Positions 53,483-64,000 of a stretch of 64,000 nucleotides of DNA are shown piece by piece. The translations under genes were made by a program, and so were the position numbers. The notes beneath the pieces are model-generated. The model was given only the letters and a program-made list of their open reading frames with translations. It was not told the origin of the DNA and ran no database searches. Position 1 is the stretch's first letter, and each line of letters opens with the position of its first letter. The stretch covers positions 28,582,001 through 28,646,000 of the forward strand of contig OZ024747.1 of assembly GCA_964016885.1 (NCBI GenBank). The letters are read 5' to 3'. Origin of the DNA: Eledone cirrhosa (Eukaryota).

Positions 53483-53632
53483 TTATTTTGGTAGTAATAT
53501 ATCAGTTTCACATATTTTCTTCCATATCAACTTTAATCTGGCAGTCTCTTCTTTATCTGAGTGAAGTGGCAGGAAGGAAACTAGTCCATTATATAGTATA
53601 CTGTCATCAGACTGACTGTCCAAATGTTTTAC
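53483..53632 (-). CDS. UQCC1: UQCC1 (Cbp3) last coding exon
   Basis: ttgtttag|VKHLDSQSDDSILYNGLVSFLPLHSDKEETARLKLIWKKICETDILLPK*. 150 nt, phase 0. Confidence 0.88.
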   Translation of the reverse strand, partial: VKHLDSQSDDSILYNGLVSFLPLHSDKEETARLKLIWKKICETDILLPK

Positions 53633-54931
53633 CTAAACAACACAAAATGAAACATAAACATTAAGATATAATTGTTAAATTATTCCAAATACTAGCAGGA
53701 CCTGTGGAAATTCCAGACAAAAAAATTAAGAGGAGTTATTTAAGAAATGTTCGTCTAGCTGTATATTATCTCTTCTGATGTCTTAGTCTACCTTGCTCTA
53801 AAATGGTATGTCCCTGTTCTTCATTCATTTCCTCACTTCTCTGTACACACACACACATTTCATTACAATTGTGTATGTGTATATGTATGCATTTATATGT
53901 ATGAGTATATAAACACACAAACACTTACACAAGTGTAGCTAATCTTGGAATGCTAAGCACTATAACATTTCACTACTCCCTTCCTCAATCATTATGTAGT
54001 TATGTGTATGTAATAATAATTTTGTATAATGTGTCTATTTATGAATATGTATGAGTAAATGTGTGTGTGTTTACACTTCTGTTATGTGTATCTGTTTATG
54101 TATTTACGTGTAGATGAGTGTATGTAACTAAAGCGTAACATACATTACAAATGAACGAAACCCAAGCAGAATTATAAGACGATTTTAAAAAAACAAGGAA
54201 AACTGCAATAGATGCAGGTAAGACTTTGCAGGTGGTTGTTTTGTAGCCACGTGGTTTTAGGTTCAGTCCTATTACATGACACCTGGTCGATCAATGCCTC
54301 ATGAATGAAATTTCTTATACTGAAACTGTACAGAAGCCCATTGGATATGTCTGTTTATGTCATTTAAACCTCTCGCCTTAATTCTCTCACTTTCAAAATC
54401 TTATAGATTTGATATTATGTGAAATGAAATGTTTACCGTGAAAATACAATAGTAAATATCGAGTAATGTAAATGCTAAAGGGTTAACTGAACAGGTTGAT
54501 ATAAAAAAATGAGATCAATAAAATATGTACCAGGCTTTTAAAAACAAATACTGGGGTCCAAATGATGCCTTAATGTGACTAATCAAATGGGATTACCAGA
54601 TGTTTCACATTAGTACTTAGTCCTAGTGACAGCTGGAGTGGTGTATTTACATGGTTATAATTTGAGTGACAGAATTTGTTTCCATACAGATGCGTGTGTG
54701 TATATGCATATGAGTATATGAATATGTGTGCGCAAACAGATACACTTACAAAAATACAATCACAGACATACAGCGTAGTTTTTTCACCATCCCCTTCCTT
54801 CCTTTTACACACACATACATTTATGCAATCAGCAGATGTAGAGAAAGAGGAGTAGTACGAGGTAGTCAAACTACTCCTCTCTCTTTACGTGTTGTGACAG
54901 AATCGCAGAAATTTATATATAGATGCATTAC

Positions 54932-55045
54932 CTGTTTCCTAACATACTCTACTGCAAGTTCTAGATTCTGGGGCTCTGTATATTTGGATGAAAACAAGTT
55001 TCTCCAGAGGGCATTGGCAAGGACTTTGTCATTGGACAGCAATCC
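54932..55045 (-). CDS. UQCC1: UQCC1 exon
   Basis: AG|GLLSNDKVLANALWRNLFSSKYTEPQNLELAVEYVRKQ|GT, 114 nt, carrying the Cbp3-family LA.ALWRN and EYVRKQ motifs. Confidence 0.95.
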
Positions 55046-56485
55046 CTGAAATCACAATTTTAGTCTTTTAGTGACATAGAGAATACATGTGTGTAAACCT
55101 AAATGTAGTAAAAGTAAAGGTGACCAGAGGCTACAGTGTTGGTGGTTGAATGGAGACAATATAGGGTTTCAGAGTATTGGCTGGTGCCATGATAAAAATA
55201 CACCCAGTACACTGTAAAATGGTAGTGTTGCTACAACAAAAAACACACTCGGTAACACTATAAAGTGATAGTGGTGGTGCTATGAAAAAATACACCTGGT
55301 ACATCTTGTAAAATGATTTGGCGTTAGGAAGGGATGTAAAATGAAGAAGATAAGTGACATTGAGAATACATACACGTGTGTAAACATAGTTGTTTAGACG
55401 TCATAGTGAAAACAAGTGTGTATCAGCATAAATATAATCATTTGGTGAAATAAAGAATGTAGATGTGTATGTAAACAAAGACAGATGTGTAAACAGTCAT
55501 GTAGTGACATAGAGGATAAATGTGTGTATAAACATAGATATAGTATGCCCCCATCCCCCTCCCACTGTAAAGTGGTCGTATAGGTGTCACGGCAAAAATC
55601 ACCCAGTCCACACTGTAAAGTGGTCGTGTAGGTGCCACGGTAAAAAAGCACCCAATACTCATTGTAAATGAGGTTGGTGTTAGGAAGGGCATCCAGCTGT
55701 AGAAATCAAGCCAAAATCAGTTCCGTATGAGCAAGACATGGTCACCTGACCTGGCATTGCCCACAACAAGGCAACCTGTCTGACCCATGCTAGCATGGAA
55801 GAATGGACGTAAAACGGTGATGATGATAGTAAAGGTATGTAGATTAGTGGCTAGCCCACATTGGTAAGGTCATGTATTTAATTCCAGGACTGAGCAGCAC
55901 AGTCCTTGAGAAAGACAATTTATTTCATCTTACTTCAGTCCACACAGTTGTAATTCAAAGGACCAGCCTTGTCATTACTGCATCTCCCTGAGAATTACAT
56001 GAAAGGTATGTGTGTTTGTGAAATACTCAGTCACTTACACAGTAATTTTACGAGCAGGCACTTCTGTTATTCCAACAATGGGAATGCTCATAGTTGGAAC
56101 TGATGGAGGTGCAACAGAGCCATTTAGTAACACACAAAATATGTGTGTGTTAACATAGTCATCTGCTCTTGTTGGATCTCTGTCAGTTCTGCTGCTGAGT
56201 ATTCCAATTATTTGATCAATGGAACAGCCTGCTTATGAAATTAATGTGCAAGTGGCTGAGCATTCCACTGATATGTATACCCTTAACTCAGGGACATTCA
56301 ACATGACAGTGTAACAAGGTCAATTCTTGGAATCACAAGTACAACACATTTTTTTCAGCTGAATGGACTGGAGCAATATGAAATAAATTTTGTAACATAG
56401 AACTTGGAGTTATTTGGTATGAAATGGGTTAATAGTTTTATTAGTTATAGAGGAGACTATAAACAATACAAGACATAGTCCTTAC

Positions 56486-56557
56486 CTCATCATAGGAAAA
56501 TAAGGCAGCATTAAAGTGGAACACAAGATCGTGGATGTCATCTTGAGATTGAGAAGA
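56486..56557 (-). CDS. UQCC1: UQCC1 exon
   Basis: AG|SSQSQDDIHDLVFHFNAALFSYDE|GTAAGG, 72 nt; joins the next exon to give YDEG. Confidence 0.92.
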
Positions 56558-57814
56558 CTGAAAATATAAAAAAATTCCTTCAGTATTTACCAAGATATCA
56601 CATTAATATTAACACTGTGACAATACTTTTCTTGAGCTGCCAAATAATATTTTCCCCTCTATCAATTCAATTTGAAAATATGGATGGCCAAAAATACTAC
56701 TACTACAGTCCATTCTACTGTAACTGAGCTGGAAGGAGAGATTGGTGGAGGCATGGGAAAGGAAGAGAAAAGTGCCAGTTGGTGGAGGATCAGGTGTATA
56801 GGATTTGGCAGTCAAGGGTTTGCAAGAGAAGAGCTATGTGAAAGCAGCAAAGCAGGCATCTAGATGTTATGGCTGAAGAGAATTTACTGGTAGTATCAGT
56901 AGTATGTAATTTGGGACACAGACTGAGGTTTGATCAACCTCAATGTGGTTATCTGGATGATGGTGTATGTTGTAAAACCTGCAACAGCCAATGATATGCT
57001 CCAGGATACAACCGAGTACAATATGTCAGGTAACACAACACTCCAGATATCAGCAAGATACAACATTGATGGTGTGTCCAAGATTTTGCATCCGTGGGTA
57101 TGTGAAGAACTACTACTAGTAATGATACTAATAATTAATAATAATAATAATTTCTAATAAAATTAATAATGATAATTCATTAAATTAATGACAATAATTA
57201 ACAATAAAATTGATAAAAATAATTAATTGTTTCTACTTTTGGCACAAGGCCAGCAATTACCCAGTGTATTACTGGTACTTTATTTTATCGACCCTGTAAG
57301 GATGAAAGGCAAAGTTAACCTCGGTGGGAAATTAATGGTTTCTAATTAAGGCACAAAGCCAGCAATTTGGAGGAAGGGGAATAGATGAAAGGCTAAGTTG
57401 ACCTGAGTGGGATTTGAACTCAGAAACTAAAAAGCCAGAAGAAATACTACTAAGTATTTTGTCTGACTTTCTAGCAATTCTGCCAATCCATCACCCTAAA
57501 GATAATGATTTCTACTATGGGTTCAAGGCCGGCAATTTGGGGGAGGGGAAAGTCAATAAAATCGACCATCAGTGCATGACTGGTACTTTATTTTATCGAC
57601 CCCGCAAAGATGAGAGGCAAAGCTAACTTCAGTGGGATTCAGACTCAGAATGTAAAGGGCCATAACTCTATGCTATGAAGCATGGTGTCTGACACTCTAC
57701 CGATACTGCCAATCTACCGCCCTCATCACTCTAAAGATAATAATTAATAGAAATCCATGATAATTAAAAAAATTAATTAACAATATTTGATGAAGGTTTA
57801 TTAAATGTTCTTAC

Positions 57815-57926
57815 TCCAACAATTTTACTTGTTCGTTTCTTTACATCAGTCCAAAATGCTTTTACAAAGTTTTTCCGTACAAATTCTCCTTCGAGTTGAC
57901 TCTGAGACAGGCGGGATAGAATCATC
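57815..57926 (-). CDS. UQCC1: UQCC1 exon
   Basis: AG|g-MILSRLSQSQLEGEFVRKNFVKAFWTDVKKRTSKIVG|GTAAGA, 112 nt; completes the W codon split with the previous exon. Confidence 0.92.
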
Positions 57927-59088
57927 CTGAAGAATATCACAAAAGTTATAAAGGTAAACATAATAATAATAATTGTTTCTAATTTAGGTACAAGGCCAAC
58001 AAATTTGGGGAAAGGAAAGTTGATATCGACTCCAGTATGTGACTGGTATTTTATCAACCCTGGAAGGATGACAGGCAAATTTGACTTTGATGGGATTTGA
58101 ACTCAACACAAAGAGCTGGAACAAATACCACAAAACATTTGTCCAATGCTCTAATAATTCTACCAATCCAACACCAGTAATTTTGGGGGGAGGGAAAAGT
58201 CAATTAAATCAACCCCAGTGCATTACTGGAGCTTTATTTTATCGACCCCATAAGGATGAAAGACAAAGCTCACCTCAGCGGGATTTGAACTCAGAACAAA
58301 AAGTGGTGTAACTATATGCTGCAAAGCATGTTGTCCAGTGCTCTACCAATCTACCGCCTACATAATGATAATATTTATTATTATTACTAATTTTGGCACA
58401 AGGCCAAATCATCACAAGGCAATAATCATCAACCCCAGTGCTTGACTGGTACTTTATTTTATTGACCCCAAAAAGGCAAAGTTGACCTCAGTGGGATTTG
58501 AATTCAGAGAAAGAGCTGGAATTATATATATATATATCAGAGATCACGATGATGATCATAGAAGCACAAGGCCACAATATATTGGTTCATACTTTTGGCC
58601 ATAATGAAAAGATGATGGGTACAGGGATGGAGTGGGAGAGAGTGACAGGCAGACAGAGGAAGGGGGTAAAAGAAGGAAGAAATAATGAAAGGAAAAGGAA
58701 TTTAAGGGAGAGACAGAGTAAGGTGAGGTCAGTTTAACCACATTAGCAAGACATTCTTGAAAAGTACAACAGAAATACTACAACTGCATCACACGAAAAA
58801 TAAGTCTTAAATTTAGTATTGCAAATTTTCACAATAATCTATCTCTTAGTAAAGATACTAGAAGCTTTTGAATTAACAAACCTGTTTTTAAACATTTTCT
58901 GCTAAATCTTTACAGGATGATCAGAATGAAGTTAGTTTAATAGAGTGAGAGGGTGAGTGACGTCAGTTTAACATAGATGGTAAAAGAATGAGTGTGATCA
59001 ATTTAAGAAGAAAGAGCGAGAGAGTGAATACAGTTAGTTTAAGAAGTACATAAAAACATTTTGGAAAATGGCAGAAAGAATTCCTTAC

Positions 59089-59146
59089 CAAACATGGAGT
59101 TCTATGAGTAAGTACCATGACAGGTAGGTATCATCTAGTTGGAAAT
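59089..59146 (-). CDS. UQCC1: UQCC1 exon
   Basis: AG|at-FQLDDTYLSWYLLIELHV-tg|GTAAGG, 58 nt, with the DT..SW.....LHVW motif. Confidence 0.93.
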
Positions 59147-59453
59147 CTGAAATAGTAATGATTACTATCATAAATATATATATTTATTAACATCATCATT
59201 TTTCTCTTCAGAAAATAAAAATTACACTGCACTGACACACATTCAGTTAATGACTTTCTCCTTCACTTCAAATTGCTGGTCTTGTGCCACAAGTAGAAAC
59301 AATTATTACTATTGTTATACATCATCACTATCTACTCATATCATTATCAGCATAAACACCATTGATTTACTTGAACACCAACCCACATCCTTACTTATTC
59401 TTACTGTTCAATTTATTACTTGATATTCACTCATTTTATTTATTATCATCATC

Positions 59454-59678
59454 TTAACCCTTTAGCATTTAAACCAGCTGTATCCTGCCAGAATTCTCTC
59501 ACCTCTTTATGCTCAAACTGGTTGTAGCCAACTGCTCATACTGATGTTAAGGTATTGTTCTCAAAATAAATATCAAAATCTCATAGCTTTGATATTAGTG
59601 AAATAATTATGTAAGATAAAGTATTTACCACAAACATATAACAGTAAATATAGAGTAATGTAAATGCTAAAGGGTTAA
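59454..59678. mobile_element. piggyBac-like MITE
   Basis: TTAA-CCCTTTAGCATTTA ... TAAATGCTAAAGGG-TTAA. A related end lies at ~54468-54486. Confidence 0.78.
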
Positions 59679-60239
59679 ACCCCATCTCTACTGTTTCTTA
59701 TCATCATCATCATAAATATTATCACTATCAGTTATCAATTCACTAGAAGTTTCTTTATCAGACCACCAAACACATTCTTATTTATTTATTTTCTATTAAT
59801 TGATATCCACTCACTTGCCCACTTGATTTATTTTATTTATTATCATCTTCTATTTACTATCATAATCTTCATCTTTGTCTATTCATCACCGTTAATTCAT
59901 TAGAAGTTTCTTTATCTGATCACATTCTTATTTATGTATTAATTGATATCCACTCATCCATTTAATTTATTTTACTTATTTATCATCATCTTCAGTTCAT
60001 CACCATCAATTCATTAGTAGTTTTCTCAGCTGACCATTCTAATTTATTTTTCTATTAATTGATTTACAGTATTTCTGGTGGTACTTCTTTACCATTCATC
60101 AACACTCCCTCTCAACCCTTTATTCTAGATTCTTTCACACTATCTATTTCTTTTTCCTTCCCGCTTTCTCTTGTTTTTCTGTTCCCCACCTTGACTTTCT
60201 CTTTATCCTTTCTTTTCCTTTATTCTTTGCTCCTTCTCT

Positions 60240-60650
60240 TCACGTTTCTCCAACAAATCACAGATGGAAATCCATTGGGTGAAGTTAACTTCATTCAATT
60301 GATGTGGTACCCAAACAATGAGCCTGCTGCCATAACCAAATTGATGCAGATGGTTTTTAACACTTGATTTGGATACTTGGAGAATATCGGCAATCATCCT
60401 GGTCATATAATGGGGGTCAGTATCAACTAACTCATTCCATTCTGTCACTGTTAATCTCAGTTGGCTAACCAGAGTGAGGTGCATTTCAACTGAAAAATTT
60501 CCTGATCAAAAACCACTTCTGGCACACACATTCCGTAACATACATAGCACATATCTTCCTGCAAGGTTTTGCCACATGCTTGCCTTTTTTTAAAATAAAA
60601 AAGCATGAGGTTCTGATAATGTTTGTTTTGGTTCTCCATTTTCAGGGTGA
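60240..60650 (-). mobile_element. Mariner transposase remnant
   Basis: IADILQVSKSSVKNHLHQFGY...WVPHQL (HTH plus WVPHEL-like motif). Confidence 0.8.
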
Positions 60651-60825
60651 TCCCAAACACACAAAATGCAACCTGTCACATTATGATTGAACCTGAAACC
60701 ATGATTACGAAGTGAACTCTTTAACCAAGCCTGCACCTATATATGTTTAAAGATTTACAGTATGATAAAGACAAAGGGAGAAGAGAAAGGAAATAGAAAA
60801 GTTATCTACATAATAACCAACTTAC

Positions 60826-60898
60826 CATTAATCATTTCTATGTAATCAGGAATTTCTGTAGAACACATATACATAGAATATGAAGACTTTGCTAATCT
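60826..60898 (-). CDS. UQCC1: UQCC1 exon
   Basis: ttttttccAG|RLAKSSYSMYMCSTEIPDYIEMIN-g|GTAAGT, 73 nt, phase compatible with the next exon. Confidence 0.88.
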
Positions 60899-61043
60899 CT
60901 GGAAAAAAGAAAAAATTCTTGCATTAATCCTTTTCATACCAAACTTATGATACAAAGCTGTTTATGTTTATATAAAACTTTCCAGCATAATTTTATGTGA
61001 GGACCTGTGTTAAGTTTCAGAAAACCCATTTAATAATGAGAAA

Positions 61044-61077
<34 letters not shown>

Positions 61078-61656
61078 GAGGGGTCAGATGCAGTGTGTAG
61101 GAGAGGAGATTGCCTTGGTATGGACATATGATGCATATGAAGGATGACAGCTGTATAAAAAGGTGCAAAGCGCTAAAAAAAAAATACGTCCGAATACCCT
61201 ACACCTAGATATACTTCCCCAATTTCCCCATGCATATCCCCTACCCAAATCCCCAATCCACACTATAAAGAGGTCATCTTGATACCACTGCAATGAGCGC
61301 CTAGTCCACACTGTAATGTGGTCGTGTAGGTATCACAACAAAAAGCACCCAGCCCACATTGTAAAGTGGCCGTGTAGATGTCACAGCAAAAAGCACCTAG
61401 TCTGCACTGTAAAGTGGTCATGTAGATGTCAGGATAAAAAGCACCCAGTATACACTGTAAATGTGGTTGGCATTAGGAAGGGCATCCAACCATATAGGAA
61501 CCTAGCTAAAATCAGTTCTGTGAGTAAAACACAGTCCTCTGATCTGGCTTGTCTCACAATGGGACAGCTTGTCAAACCCATATGCAAGTGTGGGAAATGG
61601 ACGTTAAATGATGATAATATATACAGAGAGAGAGAAGGCTAGATGGAGATACTTAC

Positions 61657-61755
61657 ATATTTGGGATATCTCATTTTCTCAGGTAAACCAAGCTTCCTGC
61701 GTACCTTTAATAACCAACCACTACTGGCTGACCTTTCAGGAGAAACATAATTTTT
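61657..61755 (-). CDS. UQCC1: UQCC1 exon (most 5' exon visible; start lies beyond the window)
   Basis: ttttcAG|KNYVSPERSASSGWLLKVRRKLGLPEKMRYPKY|GTAAGT, 99 nt, phase 0. Confidence 0.8.
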
Positions 61756-61823
61756 CTGAAAATAGAAATGGTAAAAACTAAATATATATATATAGTGTAT
61801 ATCTCTGTGTGTGTATGTGCATG

Positions 61824-61855
<32 letters not shown>

Positions 61856-61864
61856 AAAGTTTAC

Positions 61865-61878
<14 letters not shown>

Positions 61879-61895
<17 letters not shown>

Positions 61896-64000
61896 AATGA
61901 AATTATTGTGTAAAGTGCTCAGGTGCACTACAACTCGTCAATATAGTACATAGAATAATACACAAATGCCAGGGAAGTACATGTTTGTATGTGTTAGCTG
62001 TAGTGTTGGCGGATCTCGGGAAGCATGGAGGCCTTAAAGGATGCAGTGTCTCGACAGCTAACAACTGATGCAGGTAGTTTGTTCCATGCTTCAGCAACTC
62101 TGAGCGTGAAAAAATGTTTCCGAAAGTCATGGGAACTGTGCTGTTTTCTTACTTTGTGGGCATGTCCACGTGTGTTAGACACATGGAAATCGAAAAGGCA
62201 CTCAGGGTTGTTGTTGGCAACATGGTTAACAATTTTGTGGGTGTTTACCAAGTCAGTTGCCAGGCGTCGGAGCTTCAATGAATCCATGCCCAGGGAAGCA
62301 AGGCGCTCAGAGTATGGTAGATGCCTGATGGAGGGTATTCGCTTGGTTGCATGTCTCTGAACAGTTTCCAGGCGGTCAATGTCCTGAGCAAGATAGGGGT
62401 TCCAGACTGGTGATGCAAATTCTAAGTGTGGTCGCACCATAGCTGTATACAGCCTTAAATAGATATCTGGAGAGCGGCTGACAAAGGTCTTGCTGAGTGA
62501 TGCTAAGACACCCTCGGCCCTCTTGACAATTTTAGAGACGTGCCTCGTCCAACGCAAATCGCTGCTGACCGTCATGCCCAGGTCACGTTCACAGGAAGAC
62601 TTCTTGATATTAGTGCTGTGGAGGGAGTATGTGGACGCTGGGTTTTTACTCCCAAAATGCATGGTGGTGCACTTGTCCACAGCTAGCTTGAGTTGCCAGT
62701 CTGAGATCCACTGTTGCATTGTGTCCAGGTCAGACTGCAAGCAAGATCTATAGTGTTCAGGATCTGTCCTTTTTATCTCAAGGTACAGCTTGATGTCGTC
62801 TGCGTACTTTAGTACTGTGGCATTCCTTAAGTTGGCATCTATGTCATTAATATATGCCACAAACAAAAGGGGGCCAAGAACAGATCCCTGAGGTACACCA
62901 GATGACATCTCATATGGTGAGGAATGCTGTCCCAGAACCGTGACTACCTCTCTTCGACTGAGAATGAAGGACTTCAACCAGTTAAAAAGATCATCCTTCA
63001 CACCCATTGCAGAGAGTTTTGCCATAAGCCTTTTCTGTGGCACAGAATTGAAGGCCTTCGCAAAGTCAAGATAAACAACATCCACCCATGAGCCACCATC
63101 AGTGATCCAGGTGATGTCCTCAAGAAACTCTATAAGTTGATCACAGCAGCTGGAGTTGGGGATAAATCCAAATTGCGAGGGCCGGATAAGACTGTGAGAG
63201 CTCCAGAAGTTCCAAAGTGTTTCTCTGACACAGGATTCCATCAGTTTGGCGATGCAACTAGTAAGACTGACTGGACGATAGTTCACAGGTGATGTGCGGT
63301 CACCCTTTTTGAACAGAGGAATGACACTGGCAGTTTTCCACTGTTCTGGAGTAGCACTGTTGTTCAGACAGAATTGGAAGAAGCGTGATAACTGGTATAG
63401 AAGGAAGTACCCACCACGTTTAAGAAGCAGGTACGTAACACCATCAAGACCAGGAGAGGCATGGTTGCGTTTATTTTTTAGGTGACGTCGCAGCATTGCA
63501 GGTGTAAATTCCATGGTTGTAATAGAGTCCGGTGTCATAGGTGGTGGAGATGGTACACTCTGGTCTTCAATGGTGAAAATGCCTGCATAGCATTCAGCAA
63601 TGAGCTCTGCGCATTCCTTGGGGTCGTCAGTAACCTGGCTTGTGTTGGGATTGCGAAGAGGACCAACTGGAGAGTGAGGCCTCTGCTTTGAGTGAACATA
63701 CTTCCAGAACACCTTACTGTCAGGGCTGGTTGCTATGCGCTGCTCAAATTGAAGCACTGCCTTTTTTGTCACCTGTTTGAGGTGGTTGGACGATCTATTT
63801 CGCCTCTTCCTATTAATGTCTGATTTGTGAAGTTTGTACTCACGTTCAGCATTGCGCCGTTCTTTTCTGGCAAGACGGACTGCTGCAGTCTCCCAAATTG
63901 CGCTTTTAGGATGTTTTTTCCGCTTACGTGGCACCGATGCTGCACATGCTGTCCATATTGAGCTCAGGATGTTCTGGAGTACAGTGTTGACATCTCCAGA
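61879..64000 (-). mobile_element. CR1-clade LINE, uninterrupted RT ORF, short 3' UTR and (TTA)n tail, inside a UQCC1 intron
   Basis: 646-aa ORF 61994-63934 with NYRPVSLTS, YLDFAKAF, GVPQGSVLGP, YADD and VRPHLEFASPVWNPY. The element continues past the window end. Confidence 0.95.

Noticed and set aside
59690-60070. Three degenerate ~110-160-bp AT-rich direct repeats
   Set aside because: An old intronic minisatellite-like duplication with no ribozyme core or coding signal seen.

Overview
Eukaryotic, AT-rich and repeat-dense DNA. It is probably from a coleoid cephalopod (octopus-like); this is inferred only from the (TA)n load and the SINE/RTE content. Three host genes can be read: the first coding exon of an SLC18B1-like MFS transporter (minus strand, 12814-13053), an intronless POP7/Rpp20 CDS (plus, 52092-52532), and seven exons of UQCC1/Cbp3 (minus, 53483-61755), convergent with POP7. 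The rest is mostly RTE, CR1 and L1/Tx1-like LINEs, tRNA-derived SINEs, mariner/pogo/hAT/piggyBac-type MITEs, a non-autonomous Helitron, a tRNA-Leu gene with an atypical GAG anticodon, and a 200-N gap. The main discovery is a hammerhead-ribozyme (HHR) system. A near-perfect 422-bp x ~8.5 tandem array (4826-8417) carries a type I HHR at every junction and begins exactly at the predicted self-cleavage site, as expected for a retrozyme-like element. It is accompanied by a diverged relative with a Penelope-type inversion, and by at least six further distinct HHR sequences in Penelope-like element (PLE) termini. One of these is physically attached to a GIY-YIG endonuclease ORF. All RNA structures were paired by eye; none has been computed or tested.
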